This document shows positions 18,965 to 28,620 of a DNA stretch of 37,484 nt, piece after piece (position 1 is the stretch's first letter; each line of letters opens with the position of its first letter). The notes under the pieces were generated by a model, which worked only from the letters and a program-made list of their open reading frames with translations, ran no database searches and was not told the DNA's origin. The stretch lies in the sequence record SRR2962707_4969; one strand, given 5' to 3'. The position numbers and the translations under genes were made by a program.

Positions 18965-20479
18965 CTATTTCCTTCCTGCGATGCGAGCCAGTCGAGCGCC
19001 CACGTAATCTCGTTCTTCTCGGTTCAACACCAGCAGCCAGAAGGCTGCCAGCCAGCCAATACTTCCCAGAATCGCACCCAACAAAATATGGCGGTAACTG
19101 TCGTACATCAGATATTGACCAACACCCAGAATAATAACTGCCATTAACCCAGCCGGCACGAAGCCAGGCAGCACAGACGAGCGCAAATACTCTCTGACGG
19201 GAAGTTCGAGATGGCGGCAGGTATATCGGAGATATAAAGGGACAAAGATCAACCCGGGAACGACGGAAGCAAAAGCTACGCCCTCAAGGCCATACGGGTG
19301 AACAAGAACAAGGCTCAGGCCAATATTCAGTGCGGCTGCCAAAGGAGTGAGGCGTGCAAAAATCCCATGTTTGTCAATCGCCGTCAGATAACGACTGGCG
19401 AACGGATTGATGAAAGGCAGCACCGTAAAGAACACCAGAAACACGATAAGCCATTCCGCCTTCTCACCAAACTCGGGCCCCAGCCATACTGAGATAAAAG
19501 GCACTCCCAACAACAGAGCCCCCGTGCCCATGGCCAAAAGAATGCTGACAACGTAACGGGACGAAATCAGAAAAACCCGCCGGATGGTGTCGTTCTCAGC
19601 CCTCGCACTCAAGCCGCTGAACAACGGCATAAAAGCATGAGTTAGTGTCCACCCGAGGTTTCGGATGTGCTGAGTCAGGTTCGCGGGAATACTGTAGAAC
19701 GGAACCATAGCAGGCCCCATAATCAAACCAATCACCAAAACGTCCGTAGCATTTTCAACACGGGTGGCAATACCTTGAACGAATGATTTAAAACCGAAAA
19801 CAATCAGCTCTTTCAAGCGCGCCCAGGAGTATGAACGCCAACGGGCTCTGATCGCACCAAAGGCGGGGCGTGACAGCAACCACATGAAGAGGATGTACTT
19901 TATGGAAATCCCAATGGCGTTGATGCCTGCCAAGAGTACCAGACCGTTTTCAGGAGTGATGAACAGGTAAAGGAGCGTGGATCCCACGATCGAATTGATA
20001 ATCGTGATGTTGTTTTTAAGGTAGTACCTCTGGAAACCTTCCAGGTAGCTCTCTGCAACATATCCAGGAAACGAGATTAACAGGTGGGCGCCGATAATGA
20101 TCAGAAACAGCGTGTATTTCTGATATGGCTCTCCCTCCGGGGCGATCGCACCGGAAAACCAGATTCCCCAGCATAAGAAAAAGGCGAAGAGGAGCAGCCC
20201 GACCACCATCATGAACACAAAGGCGGACATGTACACAGACTCAAGTGCCTGTGAATCCTGCTCGGCGTGGTGTTTCGCGGCATACCGACTGATGGCCGGC
20301 CGCAGGCCCAGGTCCAATATCCCCATGTAGCCGATTACAGCGCCAATCATCTCCCACAGACCGTAGTCGTACTTCCCAAGGTTGTGAACGAAAACGGGGG
20401 TCATAATGAAGGTGATGACCAATTTAACGAGCATCACCAGGACATTTGAGCCGGTGTTGACTAATAAAATACGAATCAC
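18965..20479 (-). CDS. wzx: Wzx-type oligosaccharide flippase
   Basis: 504-aa polytopic membrane protein; LG..DYGLW and LDLGL patterns; located in an EPS cluster. Confidence 0.82.
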   Translation of the reverse strand: MIRILLVNTGSNVLVMLVKLVITFIMTPVFVHNLGKYDYGLWEMIGAVIGYMGILDLGLRPAISRYAAKHHAEQDSQALESVYMSAFVFMMVVGLLLFAFFLCWGIWFSGAIAPEGEPYQKYTLFLIIIGAHLLISFPGYVAESYLEGFQRYYLKNNITIINSIVGSTLLYLFITPENGLVLLAGINAIGISIKYILFMWLLSRPAFGAIRARWRSYSWARLKELIVFGFKSFVQGIATRVENATDVLVIGLIMGPAMVPFYSIPANLTQHIRNLGWTLTHAFMPLFSGLSARAENDTIRRVFLISSRYVVSILLAMGTGALLLGVPFISVWLGPEFGEKAEWLIVFLVFFTVLPFINPFASRYLTAIDKHGIFARLTPLAAALNIGLSLVLVHPYGLEGVAFASVVPGLIFVPLYLRYTCRHLELPVREYLRSSVLPGFVPAGLMAVIILGVGQYLMYDSYRHILLGAILGSIGWLAAFWLLVLNREERDYVGARLARIAGRK

Positions 20480-21606
20480 CTACCGGACTCCGTATTCGCC
20501 AACACACCATCAAAAAGATGTGCCAACTTGCTGGAGGTTTGGCTAACATCAAATCTTAACGCTGCTTCCTCCCTGAATCTGTCCGATTCAAGTTGAAAAG
20601 CATTCTGATTTGCCTCAAACAACTGGATCTTCTCGAGAAGCCCACCCAACGAACCGACCTCGAACACCATTGCTGGAGAATCAGCGACCACCTCCTTCAT
20701 TCCTATACAATTGGATGCAATGAGCGGCCGACCGGATACCATAACCTCCATCGGTAGGAGTGGGCACGCTTCCCACTTCGAAGGCATAACAACGACATCA
20801 ACTCCCCGTATGGCTTCGGCCATCGAGTCTGTCGCCGGAAAGAAATGAAAAAAAGAATCCAAACCCCGGCTGCGGATATCTGCCTGTTCCTCCCTGATAA
20901 AACCTCCCCAGCCGAAGCAACAGACGTGAACCGGCCTCTCACTACTGCGACGATTCAACTGTTCAACAGCATCAACCAGCAGGCCAAATCCCTTCTGGGC
21001 CATGAAACGCCCAAAAAAACCAAGTACTAACGCATCGTCAGGAAAACCTGCCTCATTTCGAAGGTTTCTGACATGGTGACCAAGAAAGGCCTCGGCTTTA
21101 ATGCCATTGCGAATTCCCTTCACGCGCCCGCTAGAGCCCAAAGTGGGGAATGTCTCAACAAAATTTGAAACAGCGTCTTCGCCCACAGGATTGATGACAT
21201 TAGCCAGGGAGAACAAGCGGGCCATAATCAGCTTCTTTAGCCTTCCAAACCTTCCCTGGAAATGCCCCGGCATAAACACATCATGAGTTGTTATGATGTG
21301 AGGGATACGAAGTACCCAAAGCGGCAACGCCGCAATCAGACCTGCGGTGAATCCATGCGAATGGACTAATTCCGGCCTGGACTTGATAACCTGCTTTAAC
21401 AGAGTCATAAATAAAATGATCAGGTTTTCAGAAGACTGACCAACGACATCGACATTAGGCAATGGCGCGACAAGACTCTGCAGTGCTTCGGACTCTGGTG
21501 TCACTAAGCTGAAACAATTGTCACTCTGAGCTTGATCGCCATACACGTAGGAAAAGTATGTCCTAATACCACCCCCCGGGTGCCTGGCAAAAACTACAAT
21601 TCTCAT
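20476..21606 (-). CDS. GT4 glycosyltransferase
   Basis: GGGI, VHSHG, GRF..QKG, MPSKWEACPLLPME. Confidence 0.88.
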   Translation of the reverse strand: MRIVVFARHPGGGIRTYFSYVYGDQAQSDNCFSLVTPESEALQSLVAPLPNVDVVGQSSENLIILFMTLLKQVIKSRPELVHSHGFTAGLIAALPLWVLRIPHIITTHDVFMPGHFQGRFGRLKKLIMARLFSLANVINPVGEDAVSNFVETFPTLGSSGRVKGIRNGIKAEAFLGHHVRNLRNEAGFPDDALVLGFFGRFMAQKGFGLLVDAVEQLNRRSSERPVHVCCFGWGGFIREEQADIRSRGLDSFFHFFPATDSMAEAIRGVDVVVMPSKWEACPLLPMEVMVSGRPLIASNCIGMKEVVADSPAMVFEVGSLGGLLEKIQLFEANQNAFQLESDRFREEAALRFDVSQTSSKLAHLFDGVLANTESGR

Positions 21607-21631
21607 CAGAAAATCCTTTTAAAGACCAGCT

Positions 21632-22996
21632 TCAATATCGTCGCGGTAAATCAACCAAATTACTAAACTTATTATAAGGCTTCATGCCGGACTCACTCAC
21701 GGCTTCAGAATTATCTCTAATCCTAATAATTCTATGAAACACAACTACAGAGCCAGCAAACAAATACCAATAATATTGTGACAGCCCCCAGTAGTTAAAA
21801 CTATATGCAGCGTACATCCAGAATACAGCAATTATAGCCTTATTCAGATTTATATAAAAACTTTTGTTTTCTACCTGCATGGAAACAAGTAAATTGGAGC
21901 TATCCAGCAAACGTCTATAAACTTTAACCAGAAAAGCAATGAAAATAAATGCACCGACAAAGCCCAACTCAATCAATAGCTCAGCATATAGATTGTGAGA
22001 TGCTTGCCGACTACCAAGAATATGTGTTTTTGCTTCAGGGGTTGCCCCTAATCCGTGCCCCACTATCGGTCTTTCCAAGCCAAGCGAAAACTCTCTCAAC
22101 ATCCCTTGAATTCGCCCATCTATCGATGCTGCGTTTGATGTTTCCGACTTTCCTACTAACGATAAGTAGCGATCCTTCTGCTCATCAGTCATGACCTGCC
22201 AACCAAGGACTGCAACCAGAATGGCGACAATGATCAACATCATTTTACGCTTTGATTCCTTAAATATAAAAAAACCAATAACGAGCAAAGCAACAAAAGC
22301 CCCACGTGATTGAGTTAGAATCAATGCATACATAATTGGAGGCAGCAGAACTAGATAAAGCAATCTTCCCTTAAGGTTTGACGACCAAAGGATATAATGG
22401 AGGAAAGGAATTACAGTTACGATCACAAACCCCAATTCATTAGGGTTTATTACGTCAGATGGCGCACCTGCTAGACGCTGAGAGAACTCGCCATGGCCCA
22501 AATGTGTACTGCTACCCCAATAACCCGAAGTTAAATTAAGAAATAATGGCTCAAGAACCCTTAAAACTTGACAAAGCACAAATACAAAGAAAAATACCTT
22601 TAACCTTTTCTCTGTATCTACCAAGAAGACGGTAAAGTAAAAAAATACGACAGACTTTACAAAATCCCCTAAATTGTTCTTTATAACACTCCCAGGCCAC
22701 TCAACAAAAGGCAAAGAAACTATTATATAAACTAAAAGAATTCCTAATGAATATACGATCGGATCTTTAGTCCACCCCTTAAACCGCTCTCTCTGAAAAA
22801 AAAGACTTAAACTTATTATCAAAATAAGGATAAGCGTAGGACGCATCACACCATAGGCAGGAAATCGAGCTGACAAATGCAGAAAAAAATCGATCAGAAA
22901 GAAGATAAAAATTCCAAACGAAAACGAACTGGATGGCGATCTGTCTCCAGACAACAAACCTGGCACGGCTTTAGCATTAGAACTAGCGCTAGCCAT
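21632..22996 (-). CDS. O-antigen ligase/Wzy-family membrane protein; likely the EPS polymerase
   Basis: Many TM segments, NPNELG, TQSRGA, SHNLYAELLIELG; AT-rich. Confidence 0.8.
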   Translation of the reverse strand: MASASSNAKAVPGLLSGDRSPSSSFSFGIFIFFLIDFFLHLSARFPAYGVMRPTLILILIISLSLFFQRERFKGWTKDPIVYSLGILLVYIIVSLPFVEWPGSVIKNNLGDFVKSVVFFYFTVFLVDTEKRLKVFFFVFVLCQVLRVLEPLFLNLTSGYWGSSTHLGHGEFSQRLAGAPSDVINPNELGFVIVTVIPFLHYILWSSNLKGRLLYLVLLPPIMYALILTQSRGAFVALLVIGFFIFKESKRKMMLIIVAILVAVLGWQVMTDEQKDRYLSLVGKSETSNAASIDGRIQGMLREFSLGLERPIVGHGLGATPEAKTHILGSRQASHNLYAELLIELGFVGAFIFIAFLVKVYRRLLDSSNLLVSMQVENKSFYINLNKAIIAVFWMYAAYSFNYWGLSQYYWYLFAGSVVVFHRIIRIRDNSEAVSESGMKPYNKFSNLVDLPRRY

Positions 22997-24002
22997 AGGG
23001 CGTCTCCACCATTCGCCCTCTCCACTTTAGTCCCAACAATTCGACACCCGATACTGCTTTCAAAAACTGAAACTGATCGGCTGAGACAGAGTGCCTTCGC
23101 ATTGCATACCGCTGTGCATGCTCCTTGCTATCCGAAAAAGCAACTGCCGCACACATAAACCCGGCTTTTTTAACAGCTTCTACCTGTTCACCGACAAAAT
23201 CATCGGGGGTGCCGTTTGGATAACAAAATGACCTCTTACTCTTCCCCAGGTGCTTCTCCAGATCCTCAGAACTACCGACAATCTCACTTTCAGCCTCCAT
23301 CAAAGAGACTCGAGCTAGTGACGGATGCGTTACCGTGTGACCTCCGACTTCAACGCCAGACTGTTGCATTTCCTGCAACTCCTGCCAGGTTACAGCTTCA
23401 AACTCTTTCGGAGGCCTGAGTGGAAGCATGATACTCCAAGCATTTTCCATAGCCCTCAAGCAATCAAGTTTGGCACTGTTTTCGGCACGAAGCATTAGCT
23501 GGTTTATACGCCAGTATTCGGACTCAAAATCGGCTTCCAAAATGGGAGTCTGGACTTTAAGAAGCCCGAGATCATATGTACCCGGGGTGCTTGGAGATCT
23601 CTCGAGTAGATAACGTAGTTGGTCCGGCCACAACCACAAATCACCGGAGACAAATCCTGTTGTTACGTAAAACGTCGCTGGGACCCCATATTTTTTCAGA
23701 ATTGGCCAGGCCACATTGTAGAAATCACGGTACCCATCATCTACGGTAATCGCGATGCTGTTTTTCGATGCCATGCCACGAGAAAAAATCTCTTCAGCCA
23801 ATCCAGACACCGTTGTCGCATTATAGTGTTGGGCGATATGTCTAACCTGCCACTCAAAAGCTTTAGCGTCCACATACCCTGGTTTCGGCTCTTTCGAAAA
23901 ACGGTGGTACATGAGGATTCTGGGGTTTCTGGCCGTCAAAAACCGTGCAAAGCGGTAACCTCCACATTCGCCCGCAAGCTTAACCAACCGGGAAATCTTC
24001 AC
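22989..24002 (-). CDS. Polysaccharide deacetylase (CE4/NodB)
   Basis: ILMYHR, TVDDGY, GHTVTHP, FCYPNG. Confidence 0.88.
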   Translation of the reverse strand: MKISRLVKLAGECGGYRFARFLTARNPRILMYHRFSKEPKPGYVDAKAFEWQVRHIAQHYNATTVSGLAEEIFSRGMASKNSIAITVDDGYRDFYNVAWPILKKYGVPATFYVTTGFVSGDLWLWPDQLRYLLERSPSTPGTYDLGLLKVQTPILEADFESEYWRINQLMLRAENSAKLDCLRAMENAWSIMLPLRPPKEFEAVTWQELQEMQQSGVEVGGHTVTHPSLARVSLMEAESEIVGSSEDLEKHLGKSKRSFCYPNGTPDDFVGEQVEAVKKAGFMCAAVAFSDSKEHAQRYAMRRHSVSADQFQFLKAVSGVELLGLKWRGRMVETPYG

Positions 24003-25168
24003 TTGACCTCCGATGGGGAGGGTTTGCCAGTCTTCGATATCACATGTTCGTAAAGTGCTGTGTGGCGTTTGACCATATGACCGATCTCATGTCGACTTTG
24101 TGCTAATTCAAAACCCGCCTCACCCATTCTTTCCGCGATACCTGTTAAAGGATCCAGTAAATGCGCCAGGCAAGAGGCCAACTCTGAAACATCACCACAC
24201 GGATACAGGTAACCTGTCTCACCATGGACCACCGCCTCAGCATTGCCGCCAACATCCGAAGCCACAACGGGCAACTTAGCATTCATATATTCGACGATCG
24301 CATTGGAGTACCCTTCCGATTGCGAGCACAACAAGCCAACATGCATAACCGACAGAATCTCTTTTACATCTGAGCGGGCGCCCAAAAAGTGAACTCTATC
24401 CAGAACACCCTCTTGATTTGCCGTTTCGCGATAGGCGGTTTGATCGCCACCACCTATAAGAACCAGCTGCGCTTCAGACACGGCATTCAAAACCATCGGC
24501 AACGCTTTTATTGCATCATTGATCCTTTTGATCTCGCGCAGATTCGCGACCAATACGATAAAACGCCCCTCCTCCGGCAGACCCAGTTCTCTGCGGCGAT
24601 TCCGCTCTTCACCTTCAGATAGCGCGTGATCTGATCCAACCTCATGAGGATAGCCGTTGTAAATGACGGAAACGCTATTGCTTGTATAGCCTTCCTTTTC
24701 AACAGTCACGTTCTTCACCGCCAAACTATTGGTAACCACATGACTTACAAAGCGACGGGTTAACCGAAGGATGCGCAGATACGTCTGCGTGTACCAGAAC
24801 CCCATATCCCTGCGAGATATGATTGTGGGTATACCTGCTATAAACATGGCAGGTGGAATCAGAATGGAGGAATCGTTGAAAAAAACCTGGCAGACAGATA
24901 TCCCCTCCGCCCTTTTTCTGACGGCCATGCGGATGACGGAGAGCCAGGTTAATGGGCTCATGACCTTGGAGTGTCCGAGAACCGAAACAGGGCAAGGAAA
25001 CCCTCCCGCGTCTGTATGCTCGGACGGTCGCAAAACCAAAAGCTCCGGTACAAAACGCTCTCTAGGAAGGTTTTTTATTAGCTGGAGCAATTGACCTTCT
25101 GTGCCAGCGTGAGGACTAACAAATTGATCGATAACAAAAAGGATTCGAATTGGACTTCCACTATCCAT
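23999..25168 (-). CDS. GT4 glycosyltransferase
   Basis: AGTEGQL, VANL..IKR, SEGYSNAIVEYM, DVGGNAE. Confidence 0.88.
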   Translation of the reverse strand: MDSGSPIRILFVIDQFVSPHAGTEGQLLQLIKNLPRERFVPELLVLRPSEHTDAGGFPCPVSVLGHSKVMSPLTWLSVIRMAVRKRAEGISVCQVFFNDSSILIPPAMFIAGIPTIISRRDMGFWYTQTYLRILRLTRRFVSHVVTNSLAVKNVTVEKEGYTSNSVSVIYNGYPHEVGSDHALSEGEERNRRRELGLPEEGRFIVLVANLREIKRINDAIKALPMVLNAVSEAQLVLIGGGDQTAYRETANQEGVLDRVHFLGARSDVKEILSVMHVGLLCSQSEGYSNAIVEYMNAKLPVVASDVGGNAEAVVHGETGYLYPCGDVSELASCLAHLLDPLTGIAERMGEAGFELAQSRHEIGHMVKRHTALYEHVISKTGKPSPSEVK

Positions 25169-25184
25169 ACAGCTCTCTCTAGCG

Positions 25185-26090
25185 TTAGCGGGCTTTTTCG
25201 AAACCCAGGATTACCGCAATTGACCTCTTGGGGTCACCCAGCCCAGCCCGAATAAAGTGCCAGAGAGCACTCAGTAGCCTACGCTGAAACCACCGCACCT
25301 GTCCCATTCTGAAATGCAAGAGCGCCTTACGTTTGCGAATGGTGCTGCTCCGATAGGAAAAACGTTTTTTCGCTCTTGCCAGGATCTCAAACCCCACCAT
25401 CCACCGACGCTCTAACCCCTGCTGGCTGATTGACTCAGCATGCTTGCGGTAATAGAAGACAATGCCAGGCAGATAAACAAACGGTGCAACTTCAGCGATC
25501 CGAACGACCATGTCATGATCCTGGCTTGCCCGGAACGACTCCTCGAAAAAACCAGCTTGATCAAAAACCGACTTTCGCACCATGGCGCCGCCTGGCAGGG
25601 CCATATAGCAGTCAAGTAGCAATCGGTTAGGATCTCCCGGCTCAACATGATCATTTGGGGGAATGGGGAATAGCTCTTTGCCATCACTCGAGATAGCCAT
25701 GGCTTGCCCGTATACCATACCTATGTCCGGGTGACTTTCGAGATAGGCTACCTGTTTGCTGATTTTTTCCGGATGCAACACATCGTCACTATCCAGAATA
25801 ACGATGTACCGCCCGCTGGCATGTCTTAAACCGAGATTCAATGCAGCTGACTGACCCAGATTCTGTCTGTCCGGGTGAGTTAAAAGGAAGATATCTCCCC
25901 TACAAGCATAGTCAGCGAGAGCCTCGAATGTGCCATCAGAAGACCCATCATCCACGACGATATATTCGATTCGGGAGTATGACTGAGCAAATACCGATTC
26001 TACGGTTTGTTGGATGTAGGATATTCGATTGAAAGCTGGCGTAACTACACTGACCAATGGCTCCTTGCCTTTTATACCCTCATGGTTCAT
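25185..26090 (-). CDS. GT2 glycosyltransferase
   Basis: VSVVTPAFN, VDDGSSD, LDSDD, QDHD; ATG 26090 preferred because the GT2 fold starts about 10 residues later. Confidence 0.85.
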   Translation of the reverse strand: MNHEGIKGKEPLVSVVTPAFNRISYIQQTVESVFAQSYSRIEYIVVDDGSSDGTFEALADYACRGDIFLLTHPDRQNLGQSAALNLGLRHASGRYIVILDSDDVLHPEKISKQVAYLESHPDIGMVYGQAMAISSDGKELFPIPPNDHVEPGDPNRLLLDCYMALPGGAMVRKSVFDQAGFFEESFRASQDHDMVVRIAEVAPFVYLPGIVFYYRKHAESISQQGLERRWMVGFEILARAKKRFSYRSSTIRKRKALLHFRMGQVRWFQRRLLSALWHFIRAGLGDPKRSIAVILGFEKAR

Positions 26091-26178
26091 ACAACCGCCT
26101 TTGAGACCCCAACACGAATGCAGTCGTCTAGATCTATCTCTATGATCATTCTTGCGAGAAATCACCAGCAGACGCCGC

Positions 26179-26206
26179 AGTATAACGATTTAACCCACAG
26201 TTACAA
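26179..26206 (-). promoter_or_regulatory. Candidate sigma-70 promoter for the distal half of the EPS cluster
   Basis: Minus strand TTGTAA-N16-TATACT, about 90 bp upstream of the 26090 start. Confidence 0.4.
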
Positions 26207-26393
26207 ATCTTAACACAGCCATTTCCGACACAAAATCAGTATGAGTTGTGCCCCACAAATTTTTCTTGGAGCGGGCCTAAGGTCTAGATGTGAACTCACC
26301 GACAAATATGGAATTACAGATGGTTTCAGTACAAAAAAACGAAATATTACAGGCGAATCATAATACACTACAATTAACTAAAAGCGCCCTAAT

Positions 26394-26409
26394 TGGGCTG
26401 CGCGCTGCA
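26394..26409 (+). promoter_or_regulatory. Possible degenerate sigma-54 promoter
   Basis: TGGGCT-GCGCG-CTGCA (GG-N10-GC); TGT-N10-ACA lies at 26289-26304. Confidence 0.3.
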
Positions 26410-26504
26410 CAGCTATTGACAAGGTACGCTGGGAGCAACAAGGAAAGCCGAGGGATTGCTATAGCAAAGACTTAGTACCTTGAAGATGACGATAGGAGTT
26501 TGCT

Positions 26505-27653
26505 ATGAAGAACTATAAACGATGTGGATATTCAATATTCTTTGCTGTAATCGTTGGAGCTTCAACGACAGTTCAGGCTGAGCCCGTTATTTCTTACATT
26601 AGTTTCGGTGCGGAGGGCGAAATGACTGTGTCTGGCACCGAGTTCGGCCAAGGGCCGAATATCGTACTCTATGATGACTTTGAGAGTGCCAAAATCGTCG
26701 ACGGGCAGCTCGAATTACAACCTAAAGTGGGAACTTGGTATTCTGTTGTTTCCCCAACCCCGGCGATTTACCTAGATCAGCATAAGAATAAGAGCCTTTT
26801 CGTTCGTGGAAAAGGTGATGCAAAACTAATATTTGGAATCAGGGATCCACAAGGCCTCTACGGGCTAGCCCCCTTCACTGAGGTTTTCTTTAGTTACTCA
26901 GTTAAAGATCTTGCGGAGTTTCCGGGCGACGGTGGGACAAACTTTTCTTTCTCAACAAAATCATCGACCAAAGATGCTTGGATGATGCTTGGAGACCGAG
27001 GAGACAATTTGTCTTATTCTTTATCTTTCAACACTCCTTCTGGCAACGATCTTTATATACCGGCCTGGACAGGTAACGGCTTTAATATCGCTGGTAATAC
27101 CACAAAACTTGAGCCAGTTTTTTGGCAACCTGAGCTGACCAAGAATTGGGCTTTTCAAGACTGGAACACTACCTTTTTTCATGCGCAACTTGACGCGGTG
27201 AATCCGTACGGTCCAGCCGAAGGCTATTTTGGTTTTATTAACAAAAATGCATACCATGTAAATAAACGCTCAGGCAATTTCATTCAGGATCTCCGTTCCG
27301 AGGGTCTACCCTATGCTTACTGGGATCGGATTAAGTTTTTTGCCTGGCTCAATGAAGGAGATGCGAATGTTCAAAGGCTATTGGATGAAGTATACGTGGC
27401 AATTGGCCCAAATGCTAACGCGAGGGTAGTTCTATCAGATGCGCCGAGTTTAGAAGAATCTTCAGAATTGATTAATTTGCCAACCAAAAACTGGGATCAC
27501 GAAAAAATTTCATTTTCCTTGCCAAATTACATCATGGCCAACTCACAAAAAGACTTTTATATCAGAGTCATAAACTCGGAAAATAAAATTTCCAATTCAA
27601 TAAAACTTTGCAAAGACTGCCCGGTCGCACCAAAATTAGAGCTGGTCAATTAG
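26505..27653 (+). CDS. Secreted hypothetical protein, probably beta-rich
   Basis: 382-aa ORF, AGGAG RBS, Sec signal ending TVQA/EP, aromatic-rich, C-terminal CKDCPVAP. Confidence 0.75.
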   Translation: MKNYKRCGYSIFFAVIVGASTTVQAEPVISYISFGAEGEMTVSGTEFGQGPNIVLYDDFESAKIVDGQLELQPKVGTWYSVVSPTPAIYLDQHKNKSLFVRGKGDAKLIFGIRDPQGLYGLAPFTEVFFSYSVKDLAEFPGDGGTNFSFSTKSSTKDAWMMLGDRGDNLSYSLSFNTPSGNDLYIPAWTGNGFNIAGNTTKLEPVFWQPELTKNWAFQDWNTTFFHAQLDAVNPYGPAEGYFGFINKNAYHVNKRSGNFIQDLRSEGLPYAYWDRIKFFAWLNEGDANVQRLLDEVYVAIGPNANARVVLSDAPSLEESSELINLPTKNWDHEKISFSLPNYIMANSQKDFYIRVINSENKISNSIKLCKDCPVAPKLELVN

Positions 27654-28620
27654 AGCTGCTTTGATATTTACTACGGACAGCTGCTTTTAATTTATCCAAA
27701 GCAGCTGCCTCAAGCTCAACCAAAGAACCTTTAAGACCCTCTAGTGATTTTGAGTAAACAATCAAATCTGAACCTAGAATTTCGATATTTCTTCTTATGT
27801 CTTCAGGTGAATTATCAGTGAACAAAAAACCTTTGTTAAAATAATTTCGAAGCGATAGTGTATTCGAAAGAATACCTGGCTTCCCAGCAGATACTGCTTC
27901 GTATGCCCCACAGTTTAAACAATTTTCTCGATTCGTTAACACAACTACTGCATCAGAACCAAAAAGCTCTGAAATAAAGACTTCATCTGAAACGAACCCT
28001 AGCAACGTTACCGACTCTGGGCATTTAGCTTCGATACCATTTGGCGGCCTTCCAGTTATTCTAATTTCATATTTTTCAGAATCTAACGAAGATGCAGCCT
28101 CTAAAAGCTCATTAAAAGGTTCATCATCTGCCCAGCTACAAATAAAGAGCAGCGTTAACTTGTTTCCTCCTCTTTTATAATGTTTTTTTGTATCAAAACT
28201 AGGAAGAGGATCTGGCACAACAACTGGGCAGCCCCCCCACTCACGGCACATGTTCGCCAATGGTTCGTTAGTAACAACAACAATATCAGAGTATGAAACG
28301 ATCCAGCGCGCTATACTTTTAAGGAATATGCTTTTACCCTCCAAGGGGAAAAGCCCTGCATTGTGTTCATCAACAACAGACACATAGCCAAATATCCGCT
28401 TCAATGTAACAACCAAAAATGCAAGTACAATAGAAGGGTTTTGAGCAAAAACTACATCCGCCTTTTCGTTATATAAAAGCTTTATAGTCTTCAAGGTCAA
28501 CTCTGCGTAACGAAGAACTCCTTTTTTACTGGTTGTAAATTCGAAATACGATGCATTTAACGCACTAGCCATTGAGCGATTCCTACGCTGCACCTCCCAA
28601 GTAACCCATAACGCTTTCAT
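27646..28620 (-). CDS. GT4-like glycosyltransferase
   Basis: QNPS, VVDEHN, CGAYEAVSAGKP. Confidence 0.78.
   Translation of the reverse strand: MKALWVTWEVQRRNRSMASALNASYFEFTTSKKGVLRYAELTLKTIKLLYNEKADVVFAQNPSIVLAFLVVTLKRIFGYVSVVDEHNAGLFPLEGKSIFLKSIARWIVSYSDIVVVTNEPLANMCREWGGCPVVVPDPLPSFDTKKHYKRGGNKLTLLFICSWADDEPFNELLEAASSLDSEKYEIRITGRPPNGIEAKCPESVTLLGFVSDEVFISELFGSDAVVVLTNRENCLNCGAYEAVSAGKPGILSNTLSLRNYFNKGFLFTDNSPEDIRRNIEILGSDLIVYSKSLEGLKGSLVELEAAALDKLKAAVRSKYQSSSN

Noticed and set aside
26290-26475. 61-aa ORF in the divergent intergenic region
   Set aside because: No clear RBS or motif; overlaps candidate promoter elements
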